From: Longimicrobiales bacterium
Lineage (GTDB): Bacteria > Gemmatimonadota > Gemmatimonadetes > Longimicrobiales > Gaopeijiaceae
Length of the DNA: 64,000 bases
NCBI GenBank assembly: GCA_965202985.1
Contig: CBDBCF010000001.1
Span: 1,536,001 to 1,600,000, forward strand
Reading direction: 5' to 3'
Part shown: positions 40,045 through 48,343 of the stretch, in pieces
Layout: each line of letters starts with the position of its first letter
How positions within the stretch are numbered: position 1 is the first letter of the stretch
Program-made: the position numbers and the translations under genes
Notes under the pieces: model-generated
Database searches by the model: none
What the model was told of the DNA's origin: nothing
Seen by the model: the letters and a program-made list of their open reading frames with translations, nothing else

Positions 40045-41162
40045 CGCCAATCCGGACACTCGACCCGAGGCAGGTCGCAGACCACGAACGTCTTGTAGCC
40101 TCAAGCGTCCAGGTGCCGCCACTCCCGCTCCCGAGCGTCGTATCCCGGACACGGCCGGCCGCACTCGGGACACGTCAAAGGCTCGCCCGAACGCCTCGCC
40201 ACGCGCACCCGCGCCTCCCTCAGCACCGGTCCTTCTCGACCCCCTTCACCTCCCAGCCCGGCCCCAACGCCATCAAGCTCTCTAGAATCTATCTCAAAAA
40301 CATGAGGTGGTTGCCGAGCGCCGTGGAAATGGGTATCTTCGGGCATGATGCACGTGAAGCTGAGCGACGAGCAGTGGGAGCGGATTCGCCACCACTTCCC
40401 GGAGGAGTCCAAGCCGAAGGGAGGACGGGGGCGGCCGATGGTGCCGGCCCGGCGCGTCTTCGAGGCGGTGCTGTGGATTCTGCACACCGGCGCGCAGTGG
40501 AGCTTTCTTCCGCAGTGCTATCCCAACTACAAGACCGTTCACCGGAGATTTCAGGCCTGGGTACGGACGGGCGTGCTCGACTCCGTGCTCGAGGACTTGG
40601 CGGGCGAAGCGAAGCAGCGGGGGCTGTTCGACGGCTCGGAGGCGTACGTCGACGCGTCGTTCGCTCGGGCGAAGGGCGGCGGCGCGGGCGTGGGGAACAC
40701 CAAGGCGGGCAAGGGCGTGAAGATCATGGCGATCGTGGACCGCTGCGGGCTTCCGCTGTCGTTGAGCACGCATGCTGCGAACCCGCACGAGTCGACGCTG
40801 GTGCAGCTGTCGCTGGACTTTGTCGTTCGCGGAGGACGCGCCTGCGAACCTGATCGGCGACAAAGGCGTACGACAGCGATCCTCTGGACGCCGCGTTGCG
40901 GGAGCGGGGCGTGGAGATGATCGCGCCGCACCGGCGCAACCGTCGTCGGCCGCGGACGCAGGACGGTCGTCGGCTGCGCCGTGCGAAGCGCCGATGGATC
41001 GTCGAGCGGTTCTTCGGCTGGATGCAATGGAAGCGCCGTCTTCTGGTCCGGTGGGAGTATCATCCGGAGAACTTCCTGGCGTTCGTCCAGCTGTCCGCGA
41101 TCTGCATGTTCTTCAAGCATCTCGGTTTTTGAGACAGGTTCTACCCACCTCCGCATCTCCAT
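40045..41162 (-). pseudogene. ISL3-family transposase N-terminal remnant interrupted by an IS5-family element
   Basis: With the IS removed: MEMRRWVESLMALGPGWEVKGVEKD / VLREARVRV..CPECGRPCPGYDAREREWRHLDA*GYKTFVVCDLPRVECPD (ISL3 zinc finger); frameshift and internal stop. Confidence 0.75.
40285..41141 (+). mobile_element. IS5-family (IS427-like) element, 857 bp, transposase with two frameshifts
   Basis: IRs GAATCTATCTCAAAAAC / GTTTTTGAGACAGGTTC with TA duplication; LSDEQWERI..TGAQW..VDAS..GDK/AYDSD..RWIVERFFGW spread over three frames. Confidence 0.88.
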
Positions 41163-41309
41163 CCTCGCCTCCTCGGTTCATGGTCCATGTCGCCCCTCAT
41201 CCTACACAGCCCACACCATATGGGGAAGCGCCTCTTTGTGGACCCCGGTTCCTACACGCCGAACAAGTGGACCGTCGCCCGGTTGCGCTGAGAAGAGTTG
41301 GGGTGGCCT

Positions 41310-41873
41310 TTATCGCGTAAGGGATCGCAGAAACTTCTTGAGCGGCTGAAGTGTCGGCGCGTTGTCCAGGTTCCAATGTTTCACGCTGCAGTAATCACGC
41401 CTTTTCTCGCACGTCTCAATGCCGAGAGCGTTGCAGTAGGCATAGACCCTGGCCTTGTCGCCGGGAAGTTGGTAACCACCGCGAAGGCGAAGGCACGCTT
41501 CGTACTCGTCGAAGCAGCTATAGAGGTCCTGGTGCAACTTCACAGCTAGTTCCTCCAACAGCGTCTCGAGACAACCCGCCCGGGTATCATCTGGAAACAA
41601 GAAGTTCTTTTCGACACGAACACCAAGTTCCCCGATGATTGTCGTCAGTTCATTCCGGCATTGCTGACAGTTGGAATTCGCATCCAGGATAACCCCCAGC
41701 CGATTCCCTTCATTACTACTTTGCTTCATCTGTGGTTGCACTTTGTGTAACTTGGAAAGCCCGCCTCCGATCGGCCGAAATTCAATTTCCGTGTCGATGT
41801 TCATATGACTGGCAAGGCATTCGAGAAACCTCTTGTCGCTTTCTCCCTCGACATATACATGCCATGTCGTCAT
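41310..41873 (-). CDS. DUF3226-like TOPRIM-fold protein
   Basis: VYVEGESDKRFL, ILDAN, FLFPD..GCLETLL; coupled to the ATPase gene. Confidence 0.75.
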   Translation of the reverse strand: MTTWHVYVEGESDKRFLECLASHMNIDTEIEFRPIGGGLSKLHKVQPQMKQSSNEGNRLGVILDANSNCQQCRNELTTIIGELGVRVEKNFLFPDDTRAGCLETLLEELAVKLHQDLYSCFDEYEACLRLRGGYQLPGDKARVYAYCNALGIETCEKRRDYCSVKHWNLDNAPTLQPLKKFLRSLTR

Positions 41874-42979
41874 CTTATCTCAATCCCGTGCGAGACAGCA
41901 TGTGCGAACTGGTCGTAATCGTATCGGTAGGCGCAACTGCGGCTGTCCTGGCGTCTGGCTAGAACGTACGTCGCCATCTTGTCCCGAAAGCGACCAAACT
42001 TGTCGTTGCCCAGTGTCTTTTCAAGGGAACGGAGCACCTCCAAGCTATGCGTCGTGACGAACACTTGAACGTTCTGTTCCTCGGATACTGTCAGCAACGC
42101 TTCGACTAATGGCCCAATGGCCGAGTGGTGAAGTCCACTGCCGATCTCGTCAACCAATAGTATCTGAACGTCGCCAGCAAGACATTGCGCAAAAATCTGA
42201 GCGGCACGCACAAATCCGCTGCCGCACACGTTAAGTGGAATCATGGCGTCTAGGCCAATGTCCACATATGTTGTATCGTTCTTGGTTGCAATGTCTTGAA
42301 TGTATGGATGCACGGACCGGAGATATTTGAGCAAGTCGTCTTGTCGCTTCGCAATCAGTACGTCGGAGATCGATGCGGCATCATATCCATAACCTGGCGC
42401 AAGAAGGCAAGCCTTCAATAAACTTGCTTCTCGATCATCAGCAACGGTTGTCGGCGTAATCTTGATCTCGGCATTGCTTACTGAGAGACTAAAACGAAAT
42501 ACTCTGGATTCACTCACGCCATGCGGCTCAATTACGACTTGGTAGTCAAATGCCGTCAACTGTGGAGCCGACGAATACGACACGATGTCGGTGCGTGCGT
42601 CGGTCTTCTGGCCACCTCCGTCTTGAAACTGCGACTTGGGATCGATCGTAAGCGTCGCAATAGGCGTTGCCACAGTCAGCCGACGTTGATCTCGGTGCGT
42701 GGATGCTGACATGTCGACCTGTTGGTCGAGGTCCATGCGATGGAGAAGCAATGAGATGTCGCTCGTGTCCTCCACAACGCACTTTCGCAGATTCTGAATG
42801 CGGAAGAGCACTTCCGGTACGGCGCCGGAGATCAACATGACGGCCTCCAAAACCGAGGTCTTGCCGACATCGTTCTTGCCGACGATCAAGTTGAACTGGC
42901 GCAGCTCCTCCAGTTCGACGTGCTCGATGCCCCGAAAGCCGCGAATCGACAGGCGTTCGAGGTGCGTAGAGTTCGGCAT
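41870..42979 (-). CDS. ABC-type ATPase (AAA_15/AAA_21-like)
   Basis: IRGFRGI..IVGKNDVGKTSVLEA; CGSG signature; LLVDEIGSGLH; FVTTHS. Confidence 0.88.
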   Translation of the reverse strand: MPNSTHLERLSIRGFRGIEHVELEELRQFNLIVGKNDVGKTSVLEAVMLISGAVPEVLFRIQNLRKCVVEDTSDISLLLHRMDLDQQVDMSASTHRDQRRLTVATPIATLTIDPKSQFQDGGGQKTDARTDIVSYSSAPQLTAFDYQVVIEPHGVSESRVFRFSLSVSNAEIKITPTTVADDREASLLKACLLAPGYGYDAASISDVLIAKRQDDLLKYLRSVHPYIQDIATKNDTTYVDIGLDAMIPLNVCGSGFVRAAQIFAQCLAGDVQILLVDEIGSGLHHSAIGPLVEALLTVSEEQNVQVFVTTHSLEVLRSLEKTLGNDKFGRFRDKMATYVLARRQDSRSCAYRYDYDQFAHAVSHGIEIR

Positions 42980-43165
42980 GGGCTGGTCGCCGAGATCGGG
43001 GGATGGTCCGCGGACGGGAAAGAAGGGCGGCAAACCGCTGGTGGGGCCGCCAAGGTGACCCGGGCCTATACGTAACGCCAGAAGATGGGGACGGCAAGCT
43101 CGTCTGGCTGTGGGTGGCTCTCGCGATTCAGAGAAGGGGAGTGGCTGGCCGGGTGCGGGTGACGG

Positions 43166-43365
43166 GACGCCTTCCGGCAGTGCATGGCCCAGATGCTTCG
43201 GCAGAACGTGTGCCGGAACGGAGGGATCGTCGTCCTGTACCATCCGGCCGAGGGGTCGAGCGGCTGGCGGGCGGCGTGCCCCGTCGAGAGGGAAGAGGAC
43301 GACGAACGGGAGGACGAGTCTCGGGTGAACCACCCGGCCTGAGCGCTGGCCGGTCGCTGCTCGGG
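43166..43365 (+). repeat. Diverged direct repeat of the 3' end of lipoprotein gene 34228..34722
   Basis: 43166-43342 vs 34546-34722: 155/177 identical by manual count, same frame and stop; shared 21-mer GCTGGCCGGTCGCTGCTCGGG at 34763-34783 and 43345-43365. Confidence 0.9.
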
Positions 43366-43395
43366 AGGATCGACGCCGAGGAGCGCAAGCGCGCC

Positions 43396-44322
43396 CTACG
43401 CCGACGAGCCCCCCAGACCCGCGGGCGCCCGCGATCGTCCGAACCAGCCGGCCAGCGCCGCCAAGCTCAACATGTAGGGCAGGGCCAGGAAGAGCGGGTA
43501 GGGCAGCTCGGCGTCCACGGCCTGCAAGGCGAACTGGAGGGCCTCGGCTCCTCCGAACAGGAAGGCCGCGGCGACCACGCCACGGGGGTCCCAGCGGCCC
43601 AGCACCACGACGGCGATGGCGATGAACCCCTTTCCGGCCGACATGTTCTCGGCGAAGGTGCCGGTGTGGACCAGGCTCAGGTGCGCGCCCGCCAGCCCGG
43701 CCATGAGGCCGCCGAAGAGGACCGCGAGGGTGCGGACGGTCGTCACCGAGACGCCGGCGGCGTGGGCGGCTTCCGGCGCCTCGCCCGCGGCCCGCAGCAC
43801 CAGCCCCCAGCGCGTGTGGAACAGGAACCACCACAGCAGGGGCGCCAGCGCGTAGACGGCGTAGACGGTAGCAGCCTGGTCGAAGAAGACCGGTCCCAGC
43901 AGGGGAAGCTCGGAGAGCAAGGGCGTTTTCCACGCCGGAACCGTCTCCAGTTCGAGCGCCAGCCCCGTGGCCCCGAAGCGGCTTTGGAAGACGGCCCCGG
44001 TGAACCCCAGGCTGCCCAGCGCGACGGCGGTGCCGGCGATGATCTGGTTCATGTCGAGGCGCACCGCGCACAGGGCGAAGACGCCGGCGACGGCGCATCC
44101 CGCCATGGCGCCGCCCGCCAGTCCCGCCCAAGGGCCTGCGGCCAGAGAAGCCATGGCGCCGCCCAGAGCGCCCCAGATGACGGAGCCCTCCAGCCCGATG
44201 TTGAGGACCCCAGCCCGCTCCGAGACGGTCTCGCCGAGTCCCGCCAGGGCCAGCGGCGCCGCCAGCCCTACGGTCGCGGCAAGGAACGAAGCGACGAAGG
44301 CGAGGAAGCCGGCGTCAGCCAT
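43396..44322 (-). CDS. Nucleoside/sugar ABC transporter permease
   Basis: SERAGVLNIGLEG..RAAGEAPEAA..GKGFIAIA. Confidence 0.9.
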   Translation of the reverse strand: MADAGFLAFVASFLAATVGLAAPLALAGLGETVSERAGVLNIGLEGSVIWGALGGAMASLAAGPWAGLAGGAMAGCAVAGVFALCAVRLDMNQIIAGTAVALGSLGFTGAVFQSRFGATGLALELETVPAWKTPLLSELPLLGPVFFDQAATVYAVYALAPLLWWFLFHTRWGLVLRAAGEAPEAAHAAGVSVTTVRTLAVLFGGLMAGLAGAHLSLVHTGTFAENMSAGKGFIAIAVVVLGRWDPRGVVAAAFLFGGAEALQFALQAVDAELPYPLFLALPYMLSLAALAGWFGRSRAPAGLGGSSA

Positions 44323-45388
44323 GGCGCCTCCGGGAAGCGGCCCGGAGCGCCCGGTCCACGGCCAACACCGCAAGGATCAACAGCGCCTCCGTGCCCCGCA
44401 CCCAGGCCTCGGGCACGCCGGCGTCCCGTTGCATCGCCGCGCCCCCTGCGCCGAATGCGCCGAAGACGACCGCCGCGACCACCACGGCGCCGGGGTGCAG
44501 TCGCGCCAGCAGCGCCACAGCGATCGCCGTGTAGCCCCATCCCGGCGACAGCCCTTCGTACATGCGGCCCGTCACCCCCGACACCTGCACCCACCCCGCC
44601 AGCCCGGCCAACGCGCCCGACGCCAGGAACGCTCGCCGGACCACCCGCCCCGGGTCGAAGCGTCCGCTCGCGGCCGACGCCCGGACGGACGCGCCGACGG
44701 CCCGCAGTCGAAAGCCGCCGGGGGTCCGCGCCAAGTAGACCCAAAGGCATGCGGCCATGGCCAAGCCCAACACGAACCCCCAGTGGAGACGCCCGCCGGG
44801 ATACAGCGCCGGTAGACGGGCGGCGACCGGGATCTCGTCCGTCATGTTGAAGACGCCCCGCGCCTCTTGAAGAGGACCCTGCACCAGGAACTGCGCCACG
44901 AAGAGCGCGACGAAGTTCAGGAGCAGCGTCGTGATCACTTCGCCTACCCCTAGGCCCGTCTTCATGACGGCCGGGACCGAAGCCCACGCCGCCCCGGCCA
45001 AGGCCCCCGCCAGAAGGGTGGCGGGCAGCAGAACCAAGGCCGGAGCCCCCGGCAGCGACACCGCCAGGGCGACGCCCGCCAGAGCCCCGACATGGAGCTG
45101 CCCCTCGGCCCCGATGTTCCAGACGCCGGCCTTGAAGGCAAGCGCGACCGCCAAGCCCGTCAGCAGAAGCGGCGTCGCCTGCACCAGCGTGAACGACGCG
45201 AACCGGTTCCACGACCCGAAGGCGCCGCGAAGCAGCGCGCCGAAGGCGTCGCCGGGGGAGTAGCCGCCCAGCGCCAAGAGCACCCCGGCCACGGCCAGCG
45301 TCGCCAGCACCGCGGCCGAGGCGCCGGCCACCGCAACCAGCTGCCCCCTGAAACGAGAAGGGACGGCCGGCGAGGTCTCGGTGGTCAC
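44315..45388 (-). CDS. Nucleoside/sugar ABC transporter permease
   Basis: WNIGAEGQ..EVITTLLLN..GYTAIAVALL. Confidence 0.9.
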   Translation of the reverse strand: MTTETSPAVPSRFRGQLVAVAGASAAVLATLAVAGVLLALGGYSPGDAFGALLRGAFGSWNRFASFTLVQATPLLLTGLAVALAFKAGVWNIGAEGQLHVGALAGVALAVSLPGAPALVLLPATLLAGALAGAAWASVPAVMKTGLGVGEVITTLLLNFVALFVAQFLVQGPLQEARGVFNMTDEIPVAARLPALYPGGRLHWGFVLGLAMAACLWVYLARTPGGFRLRAVGASVRASAASGRFDPGRVVRRAFLASGALAGLAGWVQVSGVTGRMYEGLSPGWGYTAIAVALLARLHPGAVVVAAVVFGAFGAGGAAMQRDAGVPEAWVRGTEALLILAVLAVDRALRAASRRRHG

Positions 45389-46977
45389 GACGCCGCCAGC
45401 ATCAGCCGTCCGATCCCTGCTGCGGACCGCTCGTCCGACGGGACGGGCACGACGCGCCCTCGCACCATGACCACGATCCGGTCCGCCAGCTCAAGGACAT
45501 CGTCCAAGTCGGTCGAGATCAGGACCACGCCCGGAGGCGGTCCGGCCGAATCAGCCATTCCTTCGCCCCGCGCCAAGCGTGCAATGCGGTCCCGGACGGC
45601 CCGGGCGGCGGCCACGTCCAGTCCGCGTGTTGGCGATTCTGCGATCAGGAGGCAAGCGGCCCGCAGGAACTCGCGTCCCGCCAGCACCTTCTGCTGGTTG
45701 CCCCCAGACAAGGTCCGGACTGCCGCGCCGGGTCCCGGCATCCGCACGTCCATCTCGGCCGAAAGCGTCTGGGCTCGGGCCTCCAAGCCCCGCCAGTCCA
45801 GCCAGGGCCCGCGACGCCACGCCGCGCTTCCGTGCAGCGCCAAGGCCACGTTCTCCGCGATGGAGAAGCTCTCCACGAGTCCTTCCGCGTTCCGGTCTTG
45901 GGGGATCCATCCCGCCTCCTGGGGCACGTCCGTTGTCCCAGTCCGCGGCTCGACTACGCCCGCCAGCACGGCCGCCAACGTCCGCTGCCCGTTCCCTTCC
46001 ACCCCCGCCACGCCTACGATCTCGCCCCGCCCGACCACGAGATCGGCGCCTCGGAGCGGCGGCGGCTCCCCGGCCCCCGCCCAGACGCCCGACAGTCGCG
46101 CGACCACCTCGCTGTCGTTCGCACCGGTTCCGACGTGTGTGTCGGCCCGGTCGCTTGCACCTGTCACGCCCTTCGGCCGGTCATCGCGTTTTGCCTCCGT
46201 GACAAATTGTACCCCCAATTTGTCCGAGAATTTGTCACGGGGCGACCCGAGGTCGCCGACCATGGCCTCGGCCAGTTCGGAAGCGGAGAACCGGGCTGCC
46301 TTCCCCTCCAGGATGCGCCGCCCGCGCCGCAGAACTGTCACGCGATCGGCCGCCGACAGCACTTCGTCCAGCTTGTGGGCCACCAGCACGACGCCCGTGC
46401 CCGTTTCTGCCACCTGCTCCAGCACGGCGAGCAGTCCGTCCACCTCCTGGGGGGCCAGCACCGCCGTCGGCTCGTCCAGCAGCAGAACCCGCGGCTCGCC
46501 CATGAGCGCCTTGAGGACCTCGATCCGCTGACGGTCCCCGACGCCCAGGCGCTCCACCGCCACGTCGAGCTCGACGGCCAAGTTCAGCTCTCCGGCCCGA
46601 GCCTCCACCGTCTCGCGATACCCCGGTGCCGGCCCGCCCCGCCCCGTCCATGCGGCCCGGTCGAACAAGGTCACGTTCTCGAACCCCGTGAACCGAGGCA
46701 CCAGGGAGAAGTGCTGGTGGACCATGGCCACGCCCCTGCGCCGGGCATCGGCAGCGCTCCGAAGGCGAACCGGGTTGCCGTCAACCTCGACCGTCCCCGC
46801 GTCGGGAACCAGCAGACCAGCCAGCACACGGGCCAGGGTGGTCTTGCCGGCCCCGTTCTCGCCCAGAAGGCCGTGCACCTCGCCGCGCGCCAGCTCGAAG
46901 TCGGCCCGGTCCAGCGCGGTCACGGCCCCGAAGCGAACAGTTACCTCCGAGAGCCGCGCTGCAACGCGCCCGTCCAC
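45385..46977 (-). CDS. ABC transporter ATP-binding protein (double NBD, sugar/nucleoside type)
   Basis: GENGAGKTT, LLDEPTAVL, LSGGNQQK, SPTRGLD; atypical inter-domain insertion. Confidence 0.9.
   Translation of the reverse strand: MDGRVAARLSEVTVRFGAVTALDRADFELARGEVHGLLGENGAGKTTLARVLAGLLVPDAGTVEVDGNPVRLRSAADARRRGVAMVHQHFSLVPRFTGFENVTLFDRAAWTGRGGPAPGYRETVEARAGELNLAVELDVAVERLGVGDRQRIEVLKALMGEPRVLLLDEPTAVLAPQEVDGLLAVLEQVAETGTGVVLVAHKLDEVLSAADRVTVLRRGRRILEGKAARFSASELAEAMVGDLGSPRDKFSDKLGVQFVTEAKRDDRPKGVTGASDRADTHVGTGANDSEVVARLSGVWAGAGEPPPLRGADLVVGRGEIVGVAGVEGNGQRTLAAVLAGVVEPRTGTTDVPQEAGWIPQDRNAEGLVESFSIAENVALALHGSAAWRRGPWLDWRGLEARAQTLSAEMDVRMPGPGAAVRTLSGGNQQKVLAGREFLRAACLLIAESPTRGLDVAAARAVRDRIARLARGEGMADSAGPPPGVVLISTDLDDVLELADRIVVMVRGRVVPVPSDERSAAGIGRLMLAAS
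46197..46240. repeat. Palindromic 38-bp motif, copy 2 (12-bp inverted repeat), inside a coding insertion
   Basis: CCGTGACAAATT(46197-46208)...AATTTGTCACGG(46229-46240). Confidence 0.75.
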
Positions 46978-46993
46978 GCTCGGGTTGCCGTCG

Positions 46994-47029
46994 CGGCTGT
47001 CGCCCGCGCCCCGGCTGTCGCCCGCACCC
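46994..47029. repeat. 18-bp tandem repeat, two copies, intergenic
   Basis: CGGCTGTCGCCCGCGCCC CGGCTGTCGCCCGCACCC. Confidence 0.7.
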
Positions 47030-47090
47030 CGGTTGCGCGAGCCTTGGGCGGCGTCGCCTCCCCGATCGGCAGCCTGCCCGCCGAGTCCGC

Positions 47091-48155
47091 CTACGGCACG
47101 TCCCCTTCCGTCGCCGCGTCCTCTTCCAAGTAGCGGATCCTCGGCACGTCCAGCGCCCCGCTCGCGATCCGCTCCCGCGCCTCGTCAATCCGAGCCGCCG
47201 TCGCCGCCGGAATCACGTCGGGCAACGCAGGGTTGGCCACGAAGTCCACCGCGCCCGCCGCAAGCCCCGAGCGCAAGGGGCCGGACAGGGTTCCCGCCCG
47301 CCAGGCCCGGGCTGCCGACAGGAACATCGCCGGGATGTCGATGACCGCGCTCGCCACGATCACGTCGGGCGCCACGTCGTTCTGGTCTCGGTTCATGCCG
47401 AACGCCCAGGCTTCGCGACCTGCCTCCCGGGCCTCGCGCACGGCCTGGAAGACGCCGAAGCTGGCGGCGTCCACGTTGTGAATGATCACGTCGGCGCCGC
47501 CCCGCAGCTGCGCGGCCGTCGCTTCCTTGGCCGCGGACACGTCGTCCCAGTTGCCGGTGAAGGTCTCCAGCACCTGCGCCTCGGGGTTCACCGCCTTCAC
47601 GCCGGCGGCGAAGGCCAGGAACGTTCCCTTCGCGGGGGGAATCTCGACGCCGCCCACCATTCCGGCGATGCCCGTGCGCGTGATCCCGCCGGCCGCCATC
47701 CCGGCCAAGTACGCCGCCTCCTCAAGGTGGAAGACCAAGGGCGCCAAGTTGTCCCCGATCGCCGACCCCGACGAGACGACGAAGGTGGTCTCGGGGAACC
47801 GAGCGGCGGCCCGGCCGGCGGCGTCCTGATATTCGAAGCCGTGACCGAAGACCAGTCCGTACCCGGCCTCGGCGTAAGAGATGAACGCCTCGTCGAAGTC
47901 GGCCGGCGTGCGCGTCTGCTGATGAGAGGTCCGAAGGCCCAGCGAATCGCCGATGCGGAGCAGCCCTTCGTAGGCGCCCGCATGCCAGCCTGCGTCGCTC
48001 ACCGGCCCCGACGTGAGCAGGGCGACGGCGGGCAGCGTCGATTCACGGGCCGCGTCGCGGTTCGGCGCGCCGTCGCGGCTGGGCGCAGCGTCGCAGGCGG
48101 AGGCCGCCAGGAAGACCGCGAACGCCAGCCGAAGCGTTCGGAAGAAGCGGATCAT
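47091..48155 (-). CDS. BMP-family ABC substrate-binding lipoprotein
   Basis: AASAC lipobox; GPVSDAGW..HGFEY..AAYLAG..GNWDD..GADVI. Confidence 0.9.
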   Translation of the reverse strand: MIRFFRTLRLAFAVFLAASACDAAPSRDGAPNRDAARESTLPAVALLTSGPVSDAGWHAGAYEGLLRIGDSLGLRTSHQQTRTPADFDEAFISYAEAGYGLVFGHGFEYQDAAGRAAARFPETTFVVSSGSAIGDNLAPLVFHLEEAAYLAGMAAGGITRTGIAGMVGGVEIPPAKGTFLAFAAGVKAVNPEAQVLETFTGNWDDVSAAKEATAAQLRGGADVIIHNVDAASFGVFQAVREAREAGREAWAFGMNRDQNDVAPDVIVASAVIDIPAMFLSAARAWRAGTLSGPLRSGLAAGAVDFVANPALPDVIPAATAARIDEARERIASGALDVPRIRYLEEDAATEGDVP

Positions 48156-48285
48156 TGGCCGCATCCTTGTTCGTGGGCGCACCCGCCGAGGCCGCGGGCG
48201 GACCCTGTGTTCCCGGGCGCACCCCCCGGAGGCCCAGCGGACGACTCGCGCCGATCCGGCCATGGCCCGAGCTTGGGGGAAGCAA

Positions 48286-48324
48286 TATAATACCGCGTCA
48301 CGAAGCGCCCTTCACGAAGCGCCC
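48286..48324 (+). promoter_or_regulatory. Putative -10 box plus 13-bp direct repeat (possible operator)
   Basis: TATAAT at 48286-48291; TCACGAAGCGCCC at 48298-48310 and 48312-48324 in a divergent intergenic region. Confidence 0.4.
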
Positions 48325-48343
48325 CCTCCCGCAAGGAGACCTC

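Noticed and set aside
39919..40045. Short ORF tail ..RARQYLYQVLLRMGIISVDE next to the ISL3 remnant
   Set aside because: Could be the C-terminus of a gene truncated by ISL3, but it is too short to support a call.
34546..43342. Diversity-generating retroelement TR/VR pair
   Set aside because: The 22 mismatches are not restricted to adenines in either copy and no reverse transcriptase is present.
41870..44131. 753-aa ATPase with a long N-terminal extension (likewise the extended ORFs 11379..14984, 56688..59669 and 60853..63642)
   Set aside because: The extensions overlap other real genes; true starts are downstream (42979, 12617, 57695, 61266).
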